Positions 54,429 to 63,000 of a stretch of DNA of 64,000 nt are shown piece by piece (within the stretch, counting starts at the first letter, position 1; each line of letters starts with the position of its first letter). Both the position numbers and the translations under genes were made by a program. The notes beneath the pieces are model-generated. The model worked only from the letters and a program-made list of their open reading frames with translations, was not told where the DNA came from and ran no database searches. The DNA is taken from IMG/VR virus record IMGVR_UViG_3300030433_002269, positions 1 to 64,000 of that record. One strand, written 5' to 3'. The stretch is from a virus (Duplodnaviria > Caudoviricetes).

Positions 54429-57400
54429 AGTTTTGAATGTAGCAGAGTCTTGAGTGACAGTCAATACCCCCTCTGGAGTAGCCACAACACCATGGTCTAT
54501 AGAGACTGAGTCATGCGGTTCTTCCTCTTCTTTTTCGGGGTCTTCTCCGGGTCTATGGCGATTATCGAAGTCTGGCATGGTACTATCGTCACGAAGACTA
54601 GTCGGTCCAGTTGGCGACTCTATAGGAGTTGCATAGTCAATACCAAGTCCTTGTGTACCACTACTTGCATGACCTACTGCACCTACCCCACTTTTGAGGA
54701 GTTTCTCTATCAAAGTAAAGCCCTTTACTAACACTCTACCGTAATCTTTGTCACCCCAGTAATCAGTACCTTTGACTTTCTTAGGCTCAATTAATGGCTT
54801 AGCATCACCTTCAGATTCATGCACTTCAGCCTTATGTTCATCTTCAGACATCTCAAGGCCTGCTTTGAGCATAACTCCAACCACTGGAGACCAGTAAGGA
54901 CGCTGACTTTCACTAAGTCTGATTAGATAGTCGTTATCAGCCCTAGGGCTGTGTATCGCCCAACCTTCGTCGGTAGGAGTAGTGCGATAACTGATGTCAC
55001 CTACAGAGAATGTAATGTTAAGTCTCTCTCCCTTTCTAGTAATTTCGTGAGGCCATATATCACTAGACTTAGAAAGCATACCAAGGGTTTCAGCACTACT
55101 GATACCTTCGCCTTCAGCATCATCTGTGATATCTCCACCATTGATAGTGTATACTTTATGGCCATCAGATTGCTCTGTCTGAGTAACGCTATCTACATTG
55201 ACTTGAACTATGTCACCCTTTTCGTATTTCTTATCAGTGCTGAAAATAGTACCAACATCCATGTAATGCTCCCCATCAAATTCAACTGCCCTATCACCTA
55301 TTTCTTCAAAGTTGGTGATTGGGCCAGTCCCTAATTGGTAAGTGTAAGGGCCCTTACCTTTGCAATCTAAAACAATGAGGTTGACATCTGAACCCTTCTC
55401 AAGAACTACCCACTTAGGGTGGCGATGTTCGCCTTTAATGTAAGTAGAATTAGCATCTCTCAATAGTAACCTATCATGCTCCTTTGAAAGATTATTAACA
55501 GCAACTTCAAGTCCAGCGTCGTCAGTTAACCTAGTGTTGTGCGCAGCAGGTAACAATACCTTCTCATGACTTTCCATAGCACCCCTTAGAATCTTCATTC
55601 GCTCTATGATGTTCATGTCATGCACACCCTTACCGTCATATTCGATAAGGTCCAAAACATGGCACTCATCACCTACACATACAGTATCGATGAGGAAATC
55701 CTTCTTACTAATCTTGAGCAGGGATTCTTTGTTTTCATCAGTAAGTAGTGACTTCTCACCCTTGACAGCAGACCATGACTTAACATCATCACCTTTGCGC
55801 TCTACAAAATGGCGACTGCCACGAGGCCAAGCAGTTACCATCCAGTCACCAGTGAATCCTCTTAGGTGTTCAAGGTCATCGAGTTCAAAAATTCTATGCA
55901 TTGGCTGCAAGAAAGGCATTCCTTCTGCAGACTTGTATAGTATATCTGGGTTAGTTAATGACGCAAGTAGTGTCGGTCCATCTGACATTTGTATTATTGG
56001 TCGTATGCTCATGCTGTGTCCTCCTCGTTGTATTCTAAAGTAAGCGCCTCTGCGTTGTTCATCCATTGTGTCTTCATTATGCGGCCCCATCAAGGGTAAT
56101 ATTTCAGGTAAGACTGCACTAACATCTTCTTTAGACCAATTAGGGACAACAATTGACTTTGATTGCGGCAATCTGACAAAGTGATGCGAGCCATCTGAAT
56201 CAACCGCCACATGTAAATCTGTATCAAACTTGTGCCCACCGTGCGCACCAAGTCCCTTAGATGAGAAGTGACTGGTAATGCCGTAGCCATTAGGACCACT
56301 AGCACCACCCACTGGAACTTCCCCAAACTTGTAATCGTGATACCGCTTATTCGTTGCTTTATCACCAAAAGGAGCGCTGATTAAATAAGAGCCAAGCCTT
56401 TGCTCTTTGAGGTATCTTGCGATTTCATCTCTCTCTTCACCTTTAGGCTTAGATGTAACTTGCCTACCTACAGTATGAGTGCTCTCTTTAGGCTTTTCAG
56501 GGTCTTTACTATCAGCATGTACCCAACCTAAACCTAATTGGTTCTGAAGATTCTTTATTCCTTTAGATTCCCTAGCGACATAGTCATGGTTAAACTCACG
56601 CACCAAAGTGTCATAGTATACTTCCCTGTCCTCATCGGGTAAGCCTTCCAACATTTGATTAATGTTCATAACCCTGAATATATCATTTTTATCAAGGCCA
56701 AACCTATCACTAATTTTAGTCATATGATTTCTCATTCGCTCAACCAATCTTCGATTATGCTGATATTCCTTTGCTCTTTCTTGACCAGCAGACCACTCCT
56801 CTTTGATTTCGTTGGCTTCTTGCCCTAACTCCATGGCGCGTTCTCGACTAGGTGCTCTGGATATTCTGCGCCTATAATCATTATATTCTCCCTTTAATTC
56901 ATCCAATTGTTGTAAAAACATCACATACGGTAAGCCATCTAAAGTGTCCATACCTAACTTAGACATAATTCCTTCCGGTTCCATATCTAGGCTTATGTGG
57001 TCACCATTGCCATGTACAAAGTCCTTAGCAGCGCTATGAATTGCTTGCATATCTTCACTGATAGGGCGGTCAACCATAGTGTGAGAATTACCCATAGTAG
57101 TATAACCACTACCAGTCGGCATACGATTTGCCTTAACTTCGGCCGCTCTGAGAAGACTGAACGCTCTTGCTTTAGATAATTCGATATTAGTAGGGTCAAA
57201 CAGAGGACCATGCTGTGCTTCGTAATCCTGTCTCAGTTTGGCAGCGATATCTCTGACAACCATTGCATCATGATGTTGTTTGGTTTTGCGCATTTCATCA
57301 TGCTTGGAGTCTTTAGGTATACCGAACTTTTTCATAAATTCCGATTTCATATCTTCCCTGTCTTGCTTCTCTTCCATAAGGGCATGTGCCTTATCCTCGT

Positions 57401-60092
57401 CACCTTCTTCTTGTGCAAGATGAATATCATGAATCAAATCCTCTATATCATTGTTAATGAATTCCAATTCCTTTAACTCCTGTGGTCCAACTTTACCACT
57501 CAGGAAACCAAATTCTGCAGGCAGTTGCGGAGCATCTCCAATAGTATTATCTTGAGCATTCAAAGGAGCCCTAGCAAGTCCTCTTTCCGCTATCTTTCTT
57601 TGTATAGCGGCAGAAGAGCGTAATCGCTTATTTTCAGACCGAGTTAATCTAGTAATAAATTTACCATATTCTCGACGACTAGCGGGTAGATATGTATCGT
57701 CTTTTCCTCTAACCTTACTTAATGCTAAAGATGCAGGGGTTCTGGGGTGAATAGTACCATCTGGTGTACGAAGACCAGCATTTATTTCTCTAAGTAAACG
57801 GTTGTTAGTAGCAGAAGAATGTGACGACATTGCCGGATTTTTGGCACCTGCTACCCCTTTACCGGCATGGATTTGTCTGTTATGGTCATTGAGTACATCT
57901 ACAGGGCCAATTCTGAATTGCAAATCCTTATACTTCTCTTGATAGATTTCTTCTTCCCGTACTCTACCATCTTCGCCAATTGCTCTCTTGTGGGTCCTAG
58001 GCCTTTTACCTATATTTATTATAGTATCTTTCTCCTTCCTTGGGTCTCTTCTTACTTCTATACCAGCAGGTGCAATCCTAGCAAAGGCAATGCCTGCTTG
58101 GTCAGTAAAGTCCGTTACTTCACCAGAGGCATCTTTGAGAGTGAACATACTAGGATACGCACTATCGAATTCCCTGTCTCCAGAAGGGCCTCTAATTGAC
58201 ACAGGGGTAGCGTCTTCACTTTCATAATAAGCAAGCATATCATGAAGTAGGTCTCTAATTACAGGTTTAGTTAATTGCAATCCACCGTGACCAGCCCATA
58301 TTTTAGAAAAGTGATTTTTGAGTCCGGTCCTTCTACCAGCCAAAAGACTACCTTCGTCGAAGTAATCTTCTGACAAGTAATTAGCCGCTAATACATTATG
58401 TGAATTTCTTGCTAAAGATGCCATGAAAGGTTCTAATTTACGATTATCCATATTGTCTATAGCCGCTTCAATGTCTTCTTGTCGAATATCATGGCCAATC
58501 TCATCAATGCCACGCTGCTGTTGCCCAAGAATGAGTCTTTCTGCCTCGTCATAAGGTTTAACCCAATCTTCACCCCATAAAGGATGTTCACCCGATTCGT
58601 AGAATTGCATGGTATTAGGGTTTATACCTACAGCCATAAGGAAACCTTCACGGGTCCAATTAGTAACATCTAATGGGGAATACTCGCCGTTGTGTATCGA
58701 CCTTCTTTTGAAAATAAACCTGTTCTCTTTTGGAGACCAGATAGGAATATCAGACTTATCATCAAGTGTTTCACCATAAGCATCATGGATTAATTCTCTT
58801 AACTCTTCAGCCATGTTATATCCCATAGAGTTGTGGATATGGTCAGGTCTAGCGTCAGGACTATGTGGTACATGTTCTCTAAATTTTTCACTATTCTCAG
58901 CAATGTGCTCATGGTCTCTTTCAAAGAAATCGAAGTAAGCATCACCCCTTGAAATTATGTTAGCCTGTAAATTACCAGTCGAAATTTTAGTACCATCAGC
59001 GAAGGTGATATACCTGTTATGCTCTTCTTCTGGGTTAAAGCCGTGTTCTCTTTGATGGTCATACACCTTGGTCCTTTCAACAGGGTCGAGCATAACTAGC
59101 CCCATCATCCAATCCATCATACCTACACCTTCCTGATGTGGAACACCATTAGAATCGACAAACTGCTGGTCCTGTAGCATAGCAGTCTTCATCAATTGCA
59201 TCATGTGCATATCCTCAATCTGCTTATCGGTAAAAGGATAATCGGGATACTGTCGATTTAATTTTTCTTTAGTCCGCTGCAAGGCCCTCTGGTAAAGTGC
59301 AAAGGGTGTACCAGTAGCACTAACAGGACCTAAGTAATCGTTACTATTGTAAGGGTTCAAGTGATGATTATTAGCCTCATTCACCATAGCCATTAATGTA
59401 TCATGTTGGTCTTGTGCTATCGTCTTGTTAGGATTTTCTTCAGAAGGTTGAGTGAAGAAATCATATAAGTTTTTCAAGTAATAGGGGACAGTTATTGGTT
59501 GGCCTCCTATCTCTATAGTAAAAGGGTCATGCATCGGATTCATAGCATTTAGTAAATCTATGTTATTGTAAGGAACAGTGTCATCGTCAGTAGTAGACAT
59601 ACCCGGCCAATTTCTACCAACTATTGCAGGGTGAGATGTCTCTACAGGCATAAAGGGATGGTCGGGCCTACTGATATTTTCGATATAATTTGGTAGACCC
59701 TCCATATCTTCGTAACTTTCTATCACTTCTTGCGACTGCATTGGTGCGCTTGCCATAGCAGCAGCCTGCTCTTGTGTATAATAACCAGTGAATTGCGGGC
59801 CTTCTTCTACAACCTCACCTACTACTAGTTCATCAGACTGCTGTGCAGGTGCTGGCTGTGCAGGCATTTGCCAATCCATACCAGCATACGGGTCTTCTTC
59901 TGCTTTAGCCAGTCTAAGGAGCGCCTTCTCATCGCTAGGCATATCGTAATACAAATCGCTACGCCATATATTTTCGTAGCAAGATAGGTATTCTTTGGCA
60001 GCCTCAGACTTACCAATACCATCTATGAGTGAAGCATAGAATATCTGACGGGCCCTAGCCAAAGTAACCTCAGGAGACTCCACATTCATCAC
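54423..60092 (-). CDS. 1889-aa head-module protein with C-terminal inactive ATP-dependent DNA ligase-like domain
   Basis: Ligase motif order recognisable near 55065-55930 (TAWPRGSR, LIDT, VLDLI, RLLLRD, KWVV, then OB-like segment); motif I Lys absent. Confidence 0.75.
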   Translation of the reverse strand: MMNVESPEVTLARARQIFYASLIDGIGKSEAAKEYLSCYENIWRSDLYYDMPSDEKALLRLAKAEEDPYAGMDWQMPAQPAPAQQSDELVVGEVVEEGPQFTGYYTQEQAAAMASAPMQSQEVIESYEDMEGLPNYIENISRPDHPFMPVETSHPAIVGRNWPGMSTTDDDTVPYNNIDLLNAMNPMHDPFTIEIGGQPITVPYYLKNLYDFFTQPSEENPNKTIAQDQHDTLMAMVNEANNHHLNPYNSNDYLGPVSATGTPFALYQRALQRTKEKLNRQYPDYPFTDKQIEDMHMMQLMKTAMLQDQQFVDSNGVPHQEGVGMMDWMMGLVMLDPVERTKVYDHQREHGFNPEEEHNRYITFADGTKISTGNLQANIISRGDAYFDFFERDHEHIAENSEKFREHVPHSPDARPDHIHNSMGYNMAEELRELIHDAYGETLDDKSDIPIWSPKENRFIFKRRSIHNGEYSPLDVTNWTREGFLMAVGINPNTMQFYESGEHPLWGEDWVKPYDEAERLILGQQQRGIDEIGHDIRQEDIEAAIDNMDNRKLEPFMASLARNSHNVLAANYLSEDYFDEGSLLAGRRTGLKNHFSKIWAGHGGLQLTKPVIRDLLHDMLAYYESEDATPVSIRGPSGDREFDSAYPSMFTLKDASGEVTDFTDQAGIAFARIAPAGIEVRRDPRKEKDTIINIGKRPRTHKRAIGEDGRVREEEIYQEKYKDLQFRIGPVDVLNDHNRQIHAGKGVAGAKNPAMSSHSSATNNRLLREINAGLRTPDGTIHPRTPASLALSKVRGKDDTYLPASRREYGKFITRLTRSENKRLRSSAAIQRKIAERGLARAPLNAQDNTIGDAPQLPAEFGFLSGKVGPQELKELEFINNDIEDLIHDIHLAQEEGDEDKAHALMEEKQDREDMKSEFMKKFGIPKDSKHDEMRKTKQHHDAMVVRDIAAKLRQDYEAQHGPLFDPTNIELSKARAFSLLRAAEVKANRMPTGSGYTTMGNSHTMVDRPISEDMQAIHSAAKDFVHGNGDHISLDMEPEGIMSKLGMDTLDGLPYVMFLQQLDELKGEYNDYRRRISRAPSRERAMELGQEANEIKEEWSAGQERAKEYQHNRRLVERMRNHMTKISDRFGLDKNDIFRVMNINQMLEGLPDEDREVYYDTLVREFNHDYVARESKGIKNLQNQLGLGWVHADSKDPEKPKESTHTVGRQVTSKPKGEERDEIARYLKEQRLGSYLISAPFGDKATNKRYHDYKFGEVPVGGASGPNGYGITSHFSSKGLGAHGGHKFDTDLHVAVDSDGSHHFVRLPQSKSIVVPNWSKEDVSAVLPEILPLMGPHNEDTMDEQRRGAYFRIQRGGHSMSIRPIIQMSDGPTLLASLTNPDILYKSAEGMPFLQPMHRIFELDDLEHLRGFTGDWMVTAWPRGSRHFVERKGDDVKSWSAVKGEKSLLTDENKESLLKISKKDFLIDTVCVGDECHVLDLIEYDGKGVHDMNIIERMKILRGAMESHEKVLLPAAHNTRLTDDAGLEVAVNNLSKEHDRLLLRDANSTYIKGEHRHPKWVVLEKGSDVNLIVLDCKGKGPYTYQLGTGPITNFEEIGDRAVEFDGEHYMDVGTIFSTDKKYEKGDIVQVNVDSVTQTEQSDGHKVYTINGGDITDDAEGEGISSAETLGMLSKSSDIWPHEITRKGERLNITFSVGDISYRTTPTDEGWAIHSPRADNDYLIRLSESQRPYWSPVVGVMLKAGLEMSEDEHKAEVHESEGDAKPLIEPKKVKGTDYWGDKDYGRVLVKGFTLIEKLLKSGVGAVGHASSGTQGLGIDYATPIESPTGPTSLRDDSTMPDFDNRHRPGEDPEKEEEEPHDSVSIDHGVVATPEGVLTVTQDSATFKTH

Positions 60093-60099
60093 CCGCCGT

Positions 60100-60495
60100 T
60101 CAGTGTAGACGGCGGGACAGATTGTCGAGAGATTTGCGGATTTCCATCACTGCGTCGTCTGACTTCTTTAGTGGGGCACCTTTGCCCTCAGTGAGGTGTG
60201 CCGCCAAAGTACTAGGGTAAGTTGGATTCTTTGATTCGAGGTCTACATTTTCTTTCTTGGGCTTTTTAGCCTTGACATCCTCGACTTCTATTGGAACATT
60301 GTTAGTGTTATAGTGAGCACTCCTGACTTCAGTGCCTCCGCCTACTTCTGTAGCAAAATGACTTGGTCCGATTTTGGACCCTTCTTTCTGACCCTTGAAG
60401 TCAGGCTCAGCCTTAGAAAGACGCTCTTCAAGTGCCTTTGCTTCCATAAGCATAGTTTCGATTGTGCGAGTAGGTGGGTCCCATCTTGGCTTCAT
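60100..60495 (-). CDS. Small head-module protein, 131 aa
   Basis: GAGAGTGA SD; LSKA, LKKS, IRKS motifs. Confidence 0.75.
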   Translation of the reverse strand: MKPRWDPPTRTIETMLMEAKALEERLSKAEPDFKGQKEGSKIGPSHFATEVGGGTEVRSAHYNTNNVPIEVEDVKAKKPKKENVDLESKNPTYPSTLAAHLTEGKGAPLKKSDDAVMEIRKSLDNLSRRLH

Positions 60496-60505
60496 ATTAT
60501 CACTC

Positions 60506-60847
60506 TCAGTTCTTTGCTTGCTCTGCTAGAGCATGGATGTCATCCCAAGAAGTATTATGGAAACCTTCGTTGGTTGTCGGTAATGTTAGGTCATCACCCT
60601 TTAGGAATATATCATCTTGCCCCACATCGTTTCTAAAAATATCAGGCTCGACATCTCTTGGCATAGAAGTAGTAGCCCTTACGAATCCGGCCTTTCTCAG
60701 CATCTGTGCTGGGTCCTTTACCATATTCTTTAGAGCAGCATTCTCGGCCTTCAGTAGTTGAAGGTCACTATCCATGCTTTCCATTTTAGAAATAAGTGTG
60801 CTCATTAGTCTCTCTGCGACATCGCCCTCTTTCGATTCGTCAGACAT
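60506..60847 (-). CDS. Small coiled-coil head-module protein, 113 aa
   Basis: GAGGTGA SD; LLKA, LRKA, FLKG motifs. Confidence 0.75.
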   Translation of the reverse strand: MSDESKEGDVAERLMSTLISKMESMDSDLQLLKAENAALKNMVKDPAQMLRKAGFVRATTSMPRDVEPDIFRNDVGQDDIFLKGDDLTLPTTNEGFHNTSWDDIHALAEQAKN

Positions 60848-60856
60848 TTATTCACC

Positions 60857-61240
60857 TCAGTATAATCTGTTACCAGTTAGTCGGCGGTTCTGTGGACCGA
60901 CACGACTGGTTCGGATGTGGCCCGGTAAGACTTTGTCAGTAGGTGCATGGACATATCTGTCAGGTGAGACCTTAATGACCGGCACTCCACCTGCGAAGAT
61001 TTCGTTAGGGCCCATAGCCACTTTTTCTTCTGCCTTGTAGATTGCAGTGTCTACTCCCTTTTGCAACTGACTTGCAGCGGCCATAAGACCGTTCAAGTGC
61101 TCACTTGCAGCGTTTCCATCATTCTCTTCCATTGCCTTGTAGAATCCATCTACGCAAGCCTTGAGTCTTCTTGCGAACGGGTCTAACTTCTTCAGGTCCA
61201 TGTTCATCCCATCACCTACTTTATCTTTAACCTTACTCAC
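60857..61240 (-). CDS. Small head-module protein, 127 aa
   Basis: GTGA overlap with portal stop; FYKA, LQKG, IYKA motifs. Confidence 0.7.
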   Translation of the reverse strand: MSKVKDKVGDGMNMDLKKLDPFARRLKACVDGFYKAMEENDGNAASEHLNGLMAAASQLQKGVDTAIYKAEEKVAMGPNEIFAGGVPVIKVSPDRYVHAPTDKVLPGHIRTSRVGPQNRRLTGNRLY

Positions 61241-63000
61241 GCACCCTTGAATTGCCGTGCGTTAAGTATACCTTGAGATGCTTGCTGAACTGCACCCGGT
61301 TGAGAGCCTCTTTGTTGAACACTAGAAAACGGTGCACCTGCTCCCATACTGGTTCTATTCTGAGGGCTTGCAGGGCCTCTATTCCTCATTCCCATCCCCT
61401 CTCCGCCGGGATTAGCCATACCCGCCATACCAGCGGCGGCTTGCCCACCCATCACGCCCGCTAATTGCGGAGGAATATTACGACCCGGTAATTGACCGGG
61501 GTTAGCCATAGGTTGCCCCGGCATACCCATACCCGGCATACCCATACCCGGCATGCCCGGTTGGCCACCCATTTGCTGTGGGGCCGGTTTGTAGATGAAT
61601 CGAATATCTCTGTTACCTTCTTCGATAAGTTCAGGTTGGAAACCAAGCATAACCATACGCTGAGCGATGTTGACTTCCATCTCATCACGGCGTAGTCTGG
61701 TAACCTCATCCTCTTCTTCATTCGGATAAAGTGTAAGTTTCCAATCGCTAATGTCTAATTGCTCCATCATTCTAGGGAATAGATTCTCAGTATACACTTT
61801 GTGTCCACGCTCTACAGCACGGTTAGTTACAAGAATCTGCATACCTTCATTGTTAAGTCCACCAGACTTACCGGTGTCCATCATGAATACATTTGACACA
61901 CCATAGAAAGAAGCAATGCGCTGACGCATTTCATCACGGGCAGGTATGTATTGCATCTCTTCAAGTGTGTCCATGAACTTAGTCCAGTTTACAGCACCTT
62001 TACCACCCTGTGCTTCGACAGCAACCTTAGGGATGTAATGTGGGTCACGCTCCATCTTTTCATCCATTACTTTGAAGAAAGACTTCATGGACTCAAGATT
62101 ATCAGTAGATACAGAAATCAAACCTCTTGGGATTCTTCTTCTGCTGTAAGCAGTATACATGTAATTGTCCATTGCTGTCAAGGTCATAGCCTGTCGCCAT
62201 AGAGTAGAAACAGGTGACCTACCATACAACTTAGAAGGCTGATACTTACTTACATGTAGCACCTCTCCTTCAAGGTAATACTGTGTCTTACCTGCACCTG
62301 CAGTATTGACATAATGAACATCCTCTAGTTTGTGACCGCATATACTACAAGTATGCTCTTCTTCGATAAAGGATTTAACTTCGCTACGGTGCAAAGGACA
62401 TACTTTGTATCTACCTCCTCTTACACCACGCTTGTCAGCAATGATACGCATAAAGATAGGGTCGCCTCTAATGACCTCTCTTACTCTATAGAAATCGATA
62501 TCCTTAGTATCAGGATTCTGATAGTATTCTTTGACCAGTATCATGTAAGCGTCATCCATGATATTGAGGTCATACTCAATTTCACGAAGCACATCAATGA
62601 ACTCTTGTTCCATAGAGTTGCGTTGCTGCGTCAACCACTTACCATAAACAAGTTGACTTGGGTCAGGGTCGGACAATTCCATGTGACCACAGTTCTGACA
62701 CTGCTCTACATCGTGCTGGTGCTCATGACCACAGTTCTGACATTTCTTATGGAATGCCTTTTCCCAATAATAACCTCTTCTAAATATTTCTTGCTGAAGG
62801 GTAGTAAGCACAGTTCTTAGAATGAGGTTTTCGTTAGAAACTGCATAAAGAGCAGGGATAGTAATACCCTGAACTAATACTGGTTCTTGTATACCAGTGC
62901 TCCACAAAGGCATTTGCGGTGCAGGTGTACGCCTACGCCTAAATGCCCCTGCTAAGGAGTCAAGCATTCTTCCTACTCTACTACGGTCTTTCTTCGCCAT
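61237..63000 (-). CDS. Portal protein (HK97 family) with Zn-ribbon inserts and Gly/Met/Pro/Gln-rich tail
   Basis: IEYDLNIMDDAY, LYGRSPV, RRIPRGLI, IASFYGVS portal motifs; upstream of protease. Confidence 0.9.
   Translation of the reverse strand: MAKKDRSRVGRMLDSLAGAFRRRRTPAPQMPLWSTGIQEPVLVQGITIPALYAVSNENLILRTVLTTLQQEIFRRGYYWEKAFHKKCQNCGHEHQHDVEQCQNCGHMELSDPDPSQLVYGKWLTQQRNSMEQEFIDVLREIEYDLNIMDDAYMILVKEYYQNPDTKDIDFYRVREVIRGDPIFMRIIADKRGVRGGRYKVCPLHRSEVKSFIEEEHTCSICGHKLEDVHYVNTAGAGKTQYYLEGEVLHVSKYQPSKLYGRSPVSTLWRQAMTLTAMDNYMYTAYSRRRIPRGLISVSTDNLESMKSFFKVMDEKMERDPHYIPKVAVEAQGGKGAVNWTKFMDTLEEMQYIPARDEMRQRIASFYGVSNVFMMDTGKSGGLNNEGMQILVTNRAVERGHKVYTENLFPRMMEQLDISDWKLTLYPNEEEDEVTRLRRDEMEVNIAQRMVMLGFQPELIEEGNRDIRFIYKPAPQQMGGQPGMPGMGMPGMGMPGQPMANPGQLPGRNIPPQLAGVMGGQAAAGMAGMANPGGEGMGMRNRGPASPQNRTSMGAGAPFSSVQQRGSQPGAVQQASQGILNARQFKGA
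61517..61554. repeat. 15-bp tandem repeat (about 2.5 copies of CCCGGCATACCCATA) encoding MPGMG
   Basis: Read directly at 61517, 61532 and 61547. Confidence 0.85.
62684..62742. repeat. Exact 17-bp direct repeat TGACCACAGTTCTGACA, 42 bp apart, encoding both CQNCGH knuckles of the portal
   Basis: Read directly at 62684 and 62726. Confidence 0.9.

Noticed and set aside
54423-60092. Functional ATP-dependent DNA ligase, or virion RNA polymerase
   Set aside because: The ligase catalytic Lys is missing, and no convincing DxDxD or T7-type polymerase motifs were seen.
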